Shown: positions 17,011 through 26,381 of the stretch, in pieces | Layout: each line of letters begins with the position of its first letter | Position numbering within the stretch: the stretch's first letter is position 1 | Virus record (IMG/VR): IMGVR_UViG_3300038379_000228 | Span: 1 to 28,744 of that record | Strand: one strand, 5' to 3' | Length of the DNA stretch: 28,744 nucleotides | From: a virus | Lineage: Duplodnaviria > Caudoviricetes | The notes under the pieces: model-generated | Database searches by the model: none | What the model saw: only the letters and a program-made list of their open reading frames with translations | Told to the model about the DNA's origin: nothing | Program-made: the position numbers and the translations under genes

Positions 17011-17750
17011 CGATACGTTTTTTCTGGCGCTGCGAGTCGGAGACACTGGATCCAGTGCATGATTACAGCGCCGGCGATATTACCGCGACATCTGCGGAAA
17101 GCGCCTCATTGGCAGCTGGAGCCGGTATGGTCGGTGGCAGTGGGCTGCTTACTGGTTTGCGTCTCACCGGGACATTCGGGCCGCGCTACACGTTTGCGAT
17201 GCCAGGACTGTGTAACCCTTCGGTCGGCTCAATAGGGTTTCTGGTTCGTGCCATGGCGTTGCCGACAGCGCCGGCGGCGTCGCTCAAATTCGTAGGACTA
17301 TACGGCGTTGGGTCGTTCAACTGGATTGAAGTCACTGCGGAAACTGATGGTTTTGTCTATCTCGAACATTCGGAAAACACCGGGCAAACCAACACTGATA
17401 TTTTTACTCAGACTAACGTCCTAACCGAGGTTGGCGCGCAATACGGCATCGTCGCCAGGTGGGATGCTGGCAACTCGCGTCGTAGCCTCGAGATTTATAG
17501 CAAGAGCGGAGCGCTACTGCATAACTACACAGAAACAACCAAGTTCTCGCAGTACGTCCCAACCGAGCTAAACGATGAAATGTGGATCGGTGGTGGCGAC
17601 ATAGGGACTTATAATTCTGATGTCCACTTGGACAATGTGTTCGTGTCTGATGCCTACGACGAGCCAATCCAGGAGAACTTCCGCATCACTTCGTTCACGG
17701 AGTATGACGCCGCACGTCGGCGTCGGATCCTCATGGGGCGTGCGGCATGA
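17007..17750 (+). CDS. ConA/LamG-like beta-sandwich virion protein
   Basis: Start reassigned to ATG 17007 (MTIRFFWRCES); GSIGF.V, IVARWD....SLEIY, MWIGG, HLDNVFVSD; lower GC. Confidence 0.6.
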   Translation: MTIRFFWRCESETLDPVHDYSAGDITATSAESASLAAGAGMVGGSGLLTGLRLTGTFGPRYTFAMPGLCNPSVGSIGFLVRAMALPTAPAASLKFVGLYGVGSFNWIEVTAETDGFVYLEHSENTGQTNTDIFTQTNVLTEVGAQYGIVARWDAGNSRRSLEIYSKSGALLHNYTETTKFSQYVPTELNDEMWIGGGDIGTYNSDVHLDNVFVSDAYDEPIQENFRITSFTEYDAARRRRILMGRAA

Positions 17751-18097
17751 GTAGTGAACGCGACCTGGAAGGCTACATGATGATCGATCACCGCGATGCG
17801 CCTCCGGTACCGGACTGGATGCTGCGTCAGGCCGGTCTGCCATCAAGCATGGGACGCGGTCTTGCTGAGAGTGCGACCTACACCTGCAAACACTGCTGCG
17901 CGGTCGTCGTCCTGAATCCTGACCGTTCGCGCGAACGCGCGTGGTGCCGCGCCGGCAAGCATCGCATCTGTGATGCTTGCGCAGTGACTTATGCGCGCAC
18001 CAAGATCTGTGTTACGTTCGACCGACTCGCCGACATGGCGCTTGAGGCAGCGGTCTCCGGCAAGCAGCAAGCGCCACGCATCATCATCCCCACGTAA
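17747..18097 (+). CDS. zinc-binding hypothetical protein
   Basis: EGYMMIDHR, TCKHC, C....H.ICDAC; ATGA overlap. Confidence 0.75.
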   Translation: MSSERDLEGYMMIDHRDAPPVPDWMLRQAGLPSSMGRGLAESATYTCKHCCAVVVLNPDRSRERAWCRAGKHRICDACAVTYARTKICVTFDRLADMALEAAVSGKQQAPRIIIPT

Positions 18098-18109
18098 GGA
18101 GAAAGGGAC

Positions 18110-18607
18110 ATGGCCCGGTACAACCTGACCTACGAAGCGATCACCAACACGGCGTTCGCCGATACCACCGGCATGACGGATAACAACTATCCGTTCCTGC
18201 TGCAGGGTGGCAACAGCACGATGCGTCTCAACATCAGCGAAGTGTTCGCGGGTGGCGAGTCGGCGGCCAGCGCGCCTACGCACATGAAGCTGGCGCGTGA
18301 CTCGACTGTCGGCGTGACGGTGACCGCGGGTACCTGCCGCAATGCCGCAGCAGATGGTTCGTCGGTGGCGCCAGGCACGCTCGCCGTGTTCGGCCACTCG
18401 GCGGTGACCGATCCGCAGCGCTCGTCCACGCTTCACCTGCTGTCCATGGCGTTCAACGCGTTCGGCGGCCTGTTCCGCTGGGTGGCGCGCCACGGCGAGG
18501 AAATCAGCGTGGTCGGCAACACGGCGTCGCTCGGCGAGGTCTCGCTGTCTGCCTTCACCGGTGGCGGCGGCATCACGTCAGGCCACTGCATCTACGAGCT
18601 GGTCTAA
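18110..18607 (+). CDS. putative virion structural subunit
   Basis: Strong AAGGAG SD, highly biased codons, beta-rich Gly/Thr/Ser sequence, followed by hairpin. Confidence 0.7.
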   Translation: MARYNLTYEAITNTAFADTTGMTDNNYPFLLQGGNSTMRLNISEVFAGGESAASAPTHMKLARDSTVGVTVTAGTCRNAAADGSSVAPGTLAVFGHSAVTDPQRSSTLHLLSMAFNAFGGLFRWVARHGEEISVVGNTASLGEVSLSAFTGGGGITSGHCIYELV

Positions 18608-18621
18608 GGCTCGGCACATCT

Positions 18622-18648
18622 AGCGGGCCGGCATTATGCCGGCCCGCT
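18622..18648. terminator. perfect hairpin after the 18110-18607 gene
   Basis: AGCGGGCCGGCA-TTA-TGCCGGCCCGCT. Confidence 0.6.
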
Positions 18649-18661
18649 GTTGCGCGCCGAT

Positions 18662-18892
18662 ATGCCGCGGCTGCATCGCAAGATCTGGCTGTGGAGCGGC
18701 GAGTGGTGGGCGTTACAGCTCTACATTAACCGCTACCTGAGCGTGGGCGTTCACGTCGATTGTCAGCGTCCGCTGATCGACATTCATGCCGGCTGGTTCA
18801 TCCTGGCGCTAGGGCGCCGGCCTGAGATCACTCTGGACGCGGATGCGCAACGCCAGAGTTGCCGTGGCTTCCTGATTAGGCCGGTGCTGTAG
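18662..18892 (+). CDS. hypothetical protein
   Basis: ATG 18662; TAGTG overlap with next gene. Confidence 0.55.
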   Translation: MPRLHRKIWLWSGEWWALQLYINRYLSVGVHVDCQRPLIDIHAGWFILALGRRPEITLDADAQRQSCRGFLIRPVL

Positions 18893-19635
18893 TGGCCACG
18901 ATCAGCAAGTTTGCCAACGCGCATACCATCATCACCACCGGGTACACGAACCCAACTAATGCGTTCGATGACGACGGTACCAACGCGACCGCATCCCCAG
19001 CCAAGAATACCGACGTCAGTGCATATTTTGGTTTCCCGGCGTTTACGACCGGCGACATCCCGGATGGTTCGACCATCAATTCGGTGACTGTCGAGGTCGA
19101 GTTTTTCGTCGATATCACGACATCGGTTGCCGAACAGTACGTCCAGGCATTCGTCACCACCACCGGGCAGGGGGCAGAACAGTCCAATACGGCAGAGCCC
19201 ACGTCGCCGACAGTGCTCAGCCACACGGTCACGACCATCACACTTTCTGACCTGCGCACTGCAGATGTTGCACGCTGCAGGTCGCGATCGAGACGTGGTA
19301 ACAGCTCGACTGCGGTGCAATTCAGTCTCGACTATGCGCGCATCACCGTAGATTACACGGCGCCAGTCCCAGATCCGTTCCGTGCAGATCCGAGCGATGC
19401 CGCGGCCGACGCAAGGAAGAAACCATCATATGCCCCGGATCAGCTTGCCAGCTGGTCGGTTTCCTTCGACATCCCGGCCGAACCTTTCAAGCAGGCAGAC
19501 TCCATGGCGGGTGATGTTACGATCAGGCTAGGAATTGACGGGGTCGATCAGACCCAGAGTTGGCTGATGGCGTTCGGCCCACCGCCGGAGTCGCCGCCAG
19601 CACCGCCGCCCCTTATGGGGCAGGGATGGATGTAG
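18892..19635 (+). CDS. putative virion protein: beta-sandwich plus Pro-rich tail
   Basis: TNPTNAFDDDGT.A, F....IP.GSTINSVTV, LDYARITVDYT; tail with PF-repeat-like units. Confidence 0.7.
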   Translation: MATISKFANAHTIITTGYTNPTNAFDDDGTNATASPAKNTDVSAYFGFPAFTTGDIPDGSTINSVTVEVEFFVDITTSVAEQYVQAFVTTTGQGAEQSNTAEPTSPTVLSHTVTTITLSDLRTADVARCRSRSRRGNSSTAVQFSLDYARITVDYTAPVPDPFRADPSDAAADARKKPSYAPDQLASWSVSFDIPAEPFKQADSMAGDVTIRLGIDGVDQTQSWLMAFGPPPESPPAPPPLMGQGWM

Positions 19636-20819
19636 TGCCGCGTACCGCAGACATATTTGCTGCTACCAGTAACGCCGCAACCTTTCAGGGCGGTGGCACC
19701 AATTATCTCGTGGAGACGACTGGCGGTGTGCTCTACCTCATCTACATTGACACCAACATCGACGTCGTTTTCATCAAGTCGACAAATGGTGGCTTTACGT
19801 GGTCAACGCCCACCGTCATCTTCGCTGGCAGCGCAACCGCTGTGTCGGTGTGGTACGACCGCTGGAGCAACATCGCAGCCGGCCTTATCCACGTGGCATA
19901 TCAGGAATCTGCCACTGACGATACCTTCTACAGGACCATCAACACCGCGTCGTCCGACGCACTCTCGACGCAGACGACCATTTTTCTTGGTGCCTCGACT
20001 GCAGCTGGCGGCCATCTGTCAATCACTCGCGCGGTGGGCGGGAACGTTTACTGCAAAACGGTGATTGACGCTGGCGCAGAAGGCGGGTTTTTCCGTTTGC
20101 TTAATGCGAACGTGCCGAATGGGGCGTGGGACGCTGCACGCACGGTAGATGAAACAATCGCGACTGTGGATCAAATGATCCTGTTGCCAGATTACGATGC
20201 TGCCGACACTCAGGACATTCTGGCAATCTTCTGGGATGCGTCTGCCAATGAAATCAGCCGCAAGTTGTATGACGACTCTGCGAATTCATGGAGCGAGACG
20301 AGCATCGCGACCTCGATGGCAGAACAAAACGCCACGAGCACGTGGCCTGATTTCGCGGTTGCCATGGACATCGCCAACACACGGCATTTCCTGGTCGCAT
20401 GGAGCGGCACCGACCTGGCTAGTTCCAGGCTGCGCGCGTGGACTGTGGATTCCGGCTCGATCACCGCGCTCACCGATGTCGTCTCGAGCAGCACTGACGA
20501 CCAGGGCATGACCGGGATCACGCTCGACACGAATACCGGCAGATTGACCGTCGTGTATGCCGGCAAGACGGATGGCTCAGAGACCTTCCCTACGGCGATC
20601 AATATATACCGCAAATTTTCGGATGATAGCGGCACGACCTGGAGTGGCGAGGAATTGCTGACCACGGTCGCGCGCGACATTGCGCAGCTGTTCGTGTTTC
20701 CGAGGCGCTACATCAATCCCTATGCGGTCGCGTTCGTATGGAATCTGAGCGTCGATCAGCTGATGGTGAACGTGCAACTCGCGCAACCGCAAGCAAATTT
20801 CCAGCTCTACGGGGGCTGA
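19635..20819 (+). CDS. Asp-box (BNR) sialidase-like beta-propeller protein
   Basis: Asp-boxes KSTNGGFTWS and FSDDSGTTWS; probable GTG start at 19635 overlapping upstream TAG. Confidence 0.7.
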   Translation: MPRTADIFAATSNAATFQGGGTNYLVETTGGVLYLIYIDTNIDVVFIKSTNGGFTWSTPTVIFAGSATAVSVWYDRWSNIAAGLIHVAYQESATDDTFYRTINTASSDALSTQTTIFLGASTAAGGHLSITRAVGGNVYCKTVIDAGAEGGFFRLLNANVPNGAWDAARTVDETIATVDQMILLPDYDAADTQDILAIFWDASANEISRKLYDDSANSWSETSIATSMAEQNATSTWPDFAVAMDIANTRHFLVAWSGTDLASSRLRAWTVDSGSITALTDVVSSSTDDQGMTGITLDTNTGRLTVVYAGKTDGSETFPTAINIYRKFSDDSGTTWSGEELLTTVARDIAQLFVFPRRYINPYAVAFVWNLSVDQLMVNVQLAQPQANFQLYGG

Positions 20820-20820
20820 C

Positions 20821-21135
20821 ATGGCCAATTGGAACCCGCCGACCAAGAACGCTGACTTCGAGTTCGACATCCTGCTCCAAGATTACGCCAGCCCCGGCAA
20901 CTGGAAGTCGAACCCGACGCTCGCCTCCGGCGACTTCAAGATCATCAAGGACGGCGGCGCCGAGGCGAACCTTGCGACCTTGCCCACAGTGACGCCCGCC
21001 AGCGGGCGCTACGTGCGCGTGCAGGTATCGGCCACGGAAATGAACGCCGATAAGGTGACGATCGCGTGGGCCGATCAGACCACTCCGAAGGAATGGGCTG
21101 ACGGCGGTATCTGCATCCTGACGACTACTACGTAA
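20821..21135 (+). CDS. small virion structural protein
   Basis: PTLASGDFKIIKDGG..ANL.TLP, L/V.ATEMNAD; in structural operon. Confidence 0.7.
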   Translation: MANWNPPTKNADFEFDILLQDYASPGNWKSNPTLASGDFKIIKDGGAEANLATLPTVTPASGRYVRVQVSATEMNADKVTIAWADQTTPKEWADGGICILTTTT

Positions 21136-21141
21136 CGCGCC

Positions 21142-23889
21142 ATGGCCTTCCGGGTCTTTTTCGGACACCCGGCGCAACAGGCGGCTGCGCCGTTCACGCC
21201 AGCCGATACCGCGCTGGACGTTGCACGCAAGCCCCAGGTCTTTACCGACATAGTTCCGAACCTGCTGCTGACGCTGCTGGCTGCAGCGCCTGCTGCGCCG
21301 TTCACGCCCGTCGATGCGGCGCCCATCGATCAGATTCGCGAAGTTCAAAGCTTCGAGTCTGGCACCAACATAGCACTTCTTGAGGCCGTCGAAGAATTCC
21401 ATGCCGCGGGCGTTACCTTCACTGCCTACGAACGCAAACCGGAGTACGAGCACGCGGTTTTGCAGAACCGCATCATTCTGGTCCCGCTCGCGGACGTCTA
21501 TATCCCTGGCGGGTTGCTGCCAGCGCAGGCGCCAGAGCGCCAGCCGGATCAGGACGCCGACTCCGTTCCGACGCCATACGCGCTCATCACGCAGGCCCCA
21601 GCTGCTGCGCCATTCGTGCCGCCCGACCAGCAGGACGTCACTCGCCGCGCCGATCAAGTCTCTGATGCACAACCGAGCCAGTTGCTGCTTGCGCCCGTCT
21701 CGACGCCATTCGCAGCGGTAGAAACTGCCCAGGATCCGGCGCGCCCGGCGGACGTCGATGGCGAGATCGGGAGAAGCCTGAACGTTCCGTGGTTGCCGAT
21801 TCTCCCGGTTGATGCCGAGCAACCCTATGAGCGGAGAGCCGACTACCACGTCGAGGCTGACCCAGCGGCCTATGCGCTGCGCGCCATTCTGGCGGCGCCG
21901 TTCCCACAGGTCGACGCACCATCAGAGATTCAGCGCAAGAAAGACCAAGTCGTCGAGCAGGTCTCAGCGCCGTATGAGGAAGCCGGGGTTCTCGAGGCCC
22001 CATTCCGTCCAGTCGATACGACCGATGCGCCGACGAGAAAGCCTGACCCGCAGGCCGATGTCGCGGCAAGTCTCGATGTGCCGTGGACGCCGTTTACGCC
22101 AATCGAATATGGGCAACAACCAGAACGTCCGGCAGACCAGGCGGTAGAGCAAGCGCCTGCCGCGTATGCGATGGCCGCTATCCTCGAGGCGCCTTTTGCG
22201 GCCATCGATACAGCGCAGCCGGCGCCTCGACGCATCACGGTACAGCCAGAGCCGGATCAGACGCCGTACACGCTGTTCGCGGTCGTCGAGGAAGCAACGC
22301 CATTCGCGCCCATTGACTTCGCGCAACCCGAGCGGCCTCGTCAGGATCAGGTCGAACAGGCTGGCACTGACCTGCCTGAAAGACTGCAGAACGTCACGCT
22401 GCGCGGCACCGTCGTCGTCGTCCAGCCCGGCCGGCAGACGATGGCGCAACAGCCGGAGCAGACGCCGAGCTGGGCTATCTACTACGGCGGCGGAGAGGCT
22501 CCGTTCGCGTCGATAGATCTTGTCGGCCAGCCTGAACCTCTGCCCGTAGAGCACATAGGCGATGTACCAAGCACGCTCGCGCTCATTACTCGGCCGGTGG
22601 TGCCAGTTGAGACTGTCGATGTCATAGAACGGCTGCGCGACCAGGTCGTTGAACAGGTATCTGCGCCATACGAGGAAGCTGGTCAGCTTGCCGCACCGTT
22701 TGCTCCGGTCGAGGATGGACAAGAGCCAGAACGACGCCCCGATCAAGTTGTAGAGCCGGTTGCTGCGCCCTACGAAGAAGCGGGGGCGCTTGAGGCGCCG
22801 TTCCGCCCGGTCGATACGACCGACGCGCCCGAGCTCAAGCCAGATACGCAGGACTTCTACTACGCGAGTCTCGACCTGCCGTGGGCCCCGCTTATCCAGG
22901 TCGAGGATGGGCAGGAGCCGGAACGGCCTCGCGAGCAAGCTGCCGATACTCAGCCTGCGCCCTATGCCCTGTACGGCATTCTGGCTGCTCCGTTCCCGGC
23001 GGCCGAGCCGGTCAATCCGACGCCGCGTGCCGATCAGGTCGTTGAGCAGATGCCGGTTGCGATCGCGCTGACCACGGCGCCGATCATCCCGCTGTACCCG
23101 ATCGACTGGACGCCAGACCCGGTACGCAGGCCAGACCAGACAGTCGAGTATCAGCGGAACACGCTGTTCGTCGAGTTCCAGCCGCCTCCGTACCTACCGG
23201 TCGACACGACCAGCATGCCAGAGCGGCGGCCTGAATACGCGACCGACACGGCCGTTTCGATTCCGCAGGAGCAGGCCCCGTTCGTGCCGGCTCTGTTTGA
23301 GCAGGTCGAGCGCGATCGCAATGTCGTCGTCGACGAGGTCGTTGCCCTCACCCCGGAGACTGTCGAGCCGTTCCGTCCGGTGGACGCCGCAGAGGGCGCC
23401 CCCAGACGTATCTCGATCGCGATTCCGGATGTCACCAATGTTCTGTTGCCATCCACCGTGGCGCCGTTCGCAACACTCGAGCAGCCGACGGTCGCGCGCC
23501 GTACCACCCAGCAGGTAGATGACGTACCCAGCCTGGTCCTGACCCTGTACGGGCCAGCGCCGTTCGTGGCGGTGGATGTCGAACAGCCCTACGAGCGCCG
23601 TGTACCGCGCCAGACGGACGGGGATCACCCGTCCTACGTCCTCTACGGCATTCCCGCCGGGGTCGTCACGCACGTCGACTGCCGGTTCTGGCTGGCTGAT
23701 CCGGTCGGGCTGGTCTGGACTGCAGATCCTGTTGGCCTTTCATGGACCGCGGACTCCTGCCCGGTCCAATGGGCCGGAGACCAGATCGCCGTGATATGGC
23801 TGGCGGATCCGGTGCTTACGATCTGGCTGGCGGACCCGATCGTGACCTCCTGGACCGCCGATCCTACCCCGGAGAGTTGCGAGACCTGA
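21142..23889 (+). CDS. 915-aa Pro/acidic repeat protein (putative fibre scaffold)
   Basis: About 25 units of PFxPVD-x5-PERRxDQ, then 7 units of WxADPVxxx. Confidence 0.85.
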   Translation: MAFRVFFGHPAQQAAAPFTPADTALDVARKPQVFTDIVPNLLLTLLAAAPAAPFTPVDAAPIDQIREVQSFESGTNIALLEAVEEFHAAGVTFTAYERKPEYEHAVLQNRIILVPLADVYIPGGLLPAQAPERQPDQDADSVPTPYALITQAPAAAPFVPPDQQDVTRRADQVSDAQPSQLLLAPVSTPFAAVETAQDPARPADVDGEIGRSLNVPWLPILPVDAEQPYERRADYHVEADPAAYALRAILAAPFPQVDAPSEIQRKKDQVVEQVSAPYEEAGVLEAPFRPVDTTDAPTRKPDPQADVAASLDVPWTPFTPIEYGQQPERPADQAVEQAPAAYAMAAILEAPFAAIDTAQPAPRRITVQPEPDQTPYTLFAVVEEATPFAPIDFAQPERPRQDQVEQAGTDLPERLQNVTLRGTVVVVQPGRQTMAQQPEQTPSWAIYYGGGEAPFASIDLVGQPEPLPVEHIGDVPSTLALITRPVVPVETVDVIERLRDQVVEQVSAPYEEAGQLAAPFAPVEDGQEPERRPDQVVEPVAAPYEEAGALEAPFRPVDTTDAPELKPDTQDFYYASLDLPWAPLIQVEDGQEPERPREQAADTQPAPYALYGILAAPFPAAEPVNPTPRADQVVEQMPVAIALTTAPIIPLYPIDWTPDPVRRPDQTVEYQRNTLFVEFQPPPYLPVDTTSMPERRPEYATDTAVSIPQEQAPFVPALFEQVERDRNVVVDEVVALTPETVEPFRPVDAAEGAPRRISIAIPDVTNVLLPSTVAPFATLEQPTVARRTTQQVDDVPSLVLTLYGPAPFVAVDVEQPYERRVPRQTDGDHPSYVLYGIPAGVVTHVDCRFWLADPVGLVWTADPVGLSWTADSCPVQWAGDQIAVIWLADPVLTIWLADPIVTSWTADPTPESCET
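23689..23865 (+). repeat. 27-nt (9-aa) tandem repeat WxAD, 7 copies
   Basis: TGG codons exactly every 27 nt from 23689 to 23851. Confidence 0.9.
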
Positions 23890-23959
23890 CCACGGGCGGG
23901 TATAAGGTGGGTACCGGTCGCATGAGTGACCCCTGCGTTACGAAAAGGGGCACGTTGCG

Positions 23960-24283
23960 ATGGCTCAGACCCTCCGCAAACAGCCGTCCGAGTCGTGGTT
24001 GTACGACATGGACTTCGCGCCGCGCCTCGCCGACGCGGACGTCATCGCGTCAGTCATTTCCATCGCTCAGCAGGAATACAACACCGACACCGGGGCACTG
24101 TCGTCCACCACCGACCTGACGTTCAGCAGCCAGGCGTTCTCCGGCCAGAAAGTGCAGGTGCGGATCAGTGGTGGCACACACGGGAAAACCTATCTCATCA
24201 CCTTCAAGGTGACGACCTCGGCCGGCAATAGCGCAGAGGCAGAAGGTTTCCTGCAGACACTCGATCTCCCGCAGGCCGCCTAG
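23960..24283 (+). CDS. putative fibre-attachment adaptor protein
   Basis: KQPSE...YDMDF...L...D.I, VQV.ISGG..G..Y.IT..VTTS.G...E pattern. Confidence 0.7.
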   Translation: MAQTLRKQPSESWLYDMDFAPRLADADVIASVISIAQQEYNTDTGALSSTTDLTFSSQAFSGQKVQVRISGGTHGKTYLITFKVTTSAGNSAEAEGFLQTLDLPQAA

Positions 24284-24285
24284 CC

Positions 24286-25569
24286 ATGCCAGATCCCAAG
24301 CGGCTCAACTTCGAGGGTCCGATCAAGTTCGAGGGCTGGCGCGACGGCCTGAACACACTGCTACGCGACGACAGCCTGCCGATCTCTGCCCTGCGACGCT
24401 GCGTGAATTACGACATCGACGATGCCGGGCGCCTCGAGCGCCGTGCCGGCCGGGTCAAGGTCTACAACGGCAGCATCCAGGAAGGCTCGCTGTGGTCGGG
24501 CCGGAACCGCACCCTGTTCGTCGAGGGCGGCGATCTGCGTGAGCTGCTTGTCATGTCGAATGGCAGCTATGCCTCGCTGACCTTGCGCGTCGGAGTTGGC
24601 GCGTACCCCATGAAGTACCTCGAGCTCAATGGCGCGGTGTACTACACGAATGGCCTAGTCACCGGCGTCATCAGCGCGATCGGCGTGAACCGCGCGTGGG
24701 GCCTACCGGCTCCTGGCAATCAGCCGAATCTCGCCGCTGGCGGGCCCGGTGGTGAACTGCAGGAAGGCCGTTACCAGGTAGTTATCACCTTTCTCACTGC
24801 TGACGGCGAGGAATCCGGCACTGGCGTCGCGAAGCAGATCGAGGTTGGTGCCGGCGGGTCTATCCTGCTTTCCGACTTCCCGCCGGCGCCCACCGGCGCG
24901 GCAGCGATCCGGGTGTACTGCTCGCATGTCCACGGCGAAGGACTCTACAAGGTCGCCGACATCGCGGCCAGTGCCTCTACGTTCCAGATCGTCAAGGTCT
25001 CGAACGTCGCTACCGCGTTGCTGCGCACGCAGTTCTGCCAGGCTCCGCCCGCTGGGCATCTGCTCGAGTACCACAACGGTCGCATTTACATCGCGTCAGG
25101 CAGCGTGCTCTGGCACACCGAAGCACTGCGCTACGGCTGTGTGCATCCTGGCAGAGGCTTCCTGTTGTTTCCCGCGCCGATCACCGTGGTCAAGGCGGTG
25201 AGCGACGGCCTGTACGTGTGTGCTGACCGCACGTACTTCGTGTCCGGCATGGACACGCCAGATTTCAAGCAGCGCGAAGTCCTGCCCTATGGCGGGGTCT
25301 ACGACACCGGCATCGACATGCCCAACTACGACGCCGTTGCGTGGTTCAGCCACCAGGGGCTTGTGTTCGGCGCGCGCAACGCGGAGATCCTCAATGTCAT
25401 GCAGGACCGCGTCGCGGTCTCGAAATACGGTTCAGGCGTCATGCAGGTTCGCGAGCGGGCGGGGCTCCGCCAGATCATCGCGAATCTCAAGGACGCCGAG
25501 CTCTCGGTTTTCGCCGCCCCTGATTACGTCACCCTCGAAGCCGCGCGGGCGGGTGCGGCACTCATCTAA
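24286..25569 (+). CDS. putative tail tube/stabilisation-type structural protein
   Basis: GLN....D...L....N.DID..G.L.RR.G N-terminus; HNGRIYIA, LWHTE beta-propeller-like segments. Confidence 0.65.
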   Translation: MPDPKRLNFEGPIKFEGWRDGLNTLLRDDSLPISALRRCVNYDIDDAGRLERRAGRVKVYNGSIQEGSLWSGRNRTLFVEGGDLRELLVMSNGSYASLTLRVGVGAYPMKYLELNGAVYYTNGLVTGVISAIGVNRAWGLPAPGNQPNLAAGGPGGELQEGRYQVVITFLTADGEESGTGVAKQIEVGAGGSILLSDFPPAPTGAAAIRVYCSHVHGEGLYKVADIAASASTFQIVKVSNVATALLRTQFCQAPPAGHLLEYHNGRIYIASGSVLWHTEALRYGCVHPGRGFLLFPAPITVVKAVSDGLYVCADRTYFVSGMDTPDFKQREVLPYGGVYDTGIDMPNYDAVAWFSHQGLVFGARNAEILNVMQDRVAVSKYGSGVMQVRERAGLRQIIANLKDAELSVFAAPDYVTLEAARAGAALI

Positions 25570-25581
25570 CGGAGATCATCA

Positions 25582-26367
25582 ATGGCTGCGAATCTTGCTT
25601 ACTTCGAGGTCCGTCTGTCTGGAGGCGCTGCCAATACCAGCGCGGTAGCCTCCATCGGCGGTGCAATTTCCACGGCGGGCGGTGGCCGTGTGCTGTCACA
25701 GACCGCGACCGGCCTGACGACCATCACCGGCGTTACCATCGACGATGCCATGGGGCAATCCGAAGGCGTCGGCTCGCTGTTTTTCGACCAGAGCGCCGGC
25801 ACACTGCGCTGGACTCCGCCTGGTGGAACGGCTGGCACTTCGGTCGTGGTCAGCGCGAATGGCAAGTACGCGATCCAGGGTGGCAACAATGGCGGCGTGC
25901 TGCTCGTCACCGTTGTTGCGGCAAGCCTGCCGTCCAGCGACCAGACCAACTCGGTCACGATTGCCAACCAGACGCAGAAGATCTTTGACGACGTCAGCAA
26001 GGCGGAGTCGTTGGCCGGTCAGACCGTGTATCGCGGGCTGTACTTCAAGAACCAGCACACGTCGGATTCCATTACGAACATCAAGTACTGGATCTCGACG
26101 AACACGCCTGGGCAGGACAACATCCAGATCGCCAATGCCTCGGAAGCCAAGAACACGTCGATCGAAACGCTTGCTAGCGAGACTACGGCACCAACAGGAA
26201 TCGATTTTACGGCGAACAATCCCGTGGATCTGGCGAGCGCGCTCACACGCTCCGACCTGTTGTTCGGCGACTACCACGGCTTCTGGGCGCGGCGTGTCGT
26301 GCCTGCTGGTGTGTCAGCGGCCGTAACGAAAAACACGTTCCGGCTGGGCTTTCAGATCTACGTGTAA
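25582..26367 (+). CDS. virion structural protein
   Basis: GGAG SD; LSGGAAN....SIGG.IS, IFDDVS..E...G...YR..Y..N, FW.RR.VPAG. Confidence 0.75.
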   Translation: MAANLAYFEVRLSGGAANTSAVASIGGAISTAGGGRVLSQTATGLTTITGVTIDDAMGQSEGVGSLFFDQSAGTLRWTPPGGTAGTSVVVSANGKYAIQGGNNGGVLLVTVVAASLPSSDQTNSVTIANQTQKIFDDVSKAESLAGQTVYRGLYFKNQHTSDSITNIKYWISTNTPGQDNIQIANASEAKNTSIETLASETTAPTGIDFTANNPVDLASALTRSDLLFGDYHGFWARRVVPAGVSAAVTKNTFRLGFQIYV

Positions 26368-26381
26368 ACAGGAGCCGCCAC

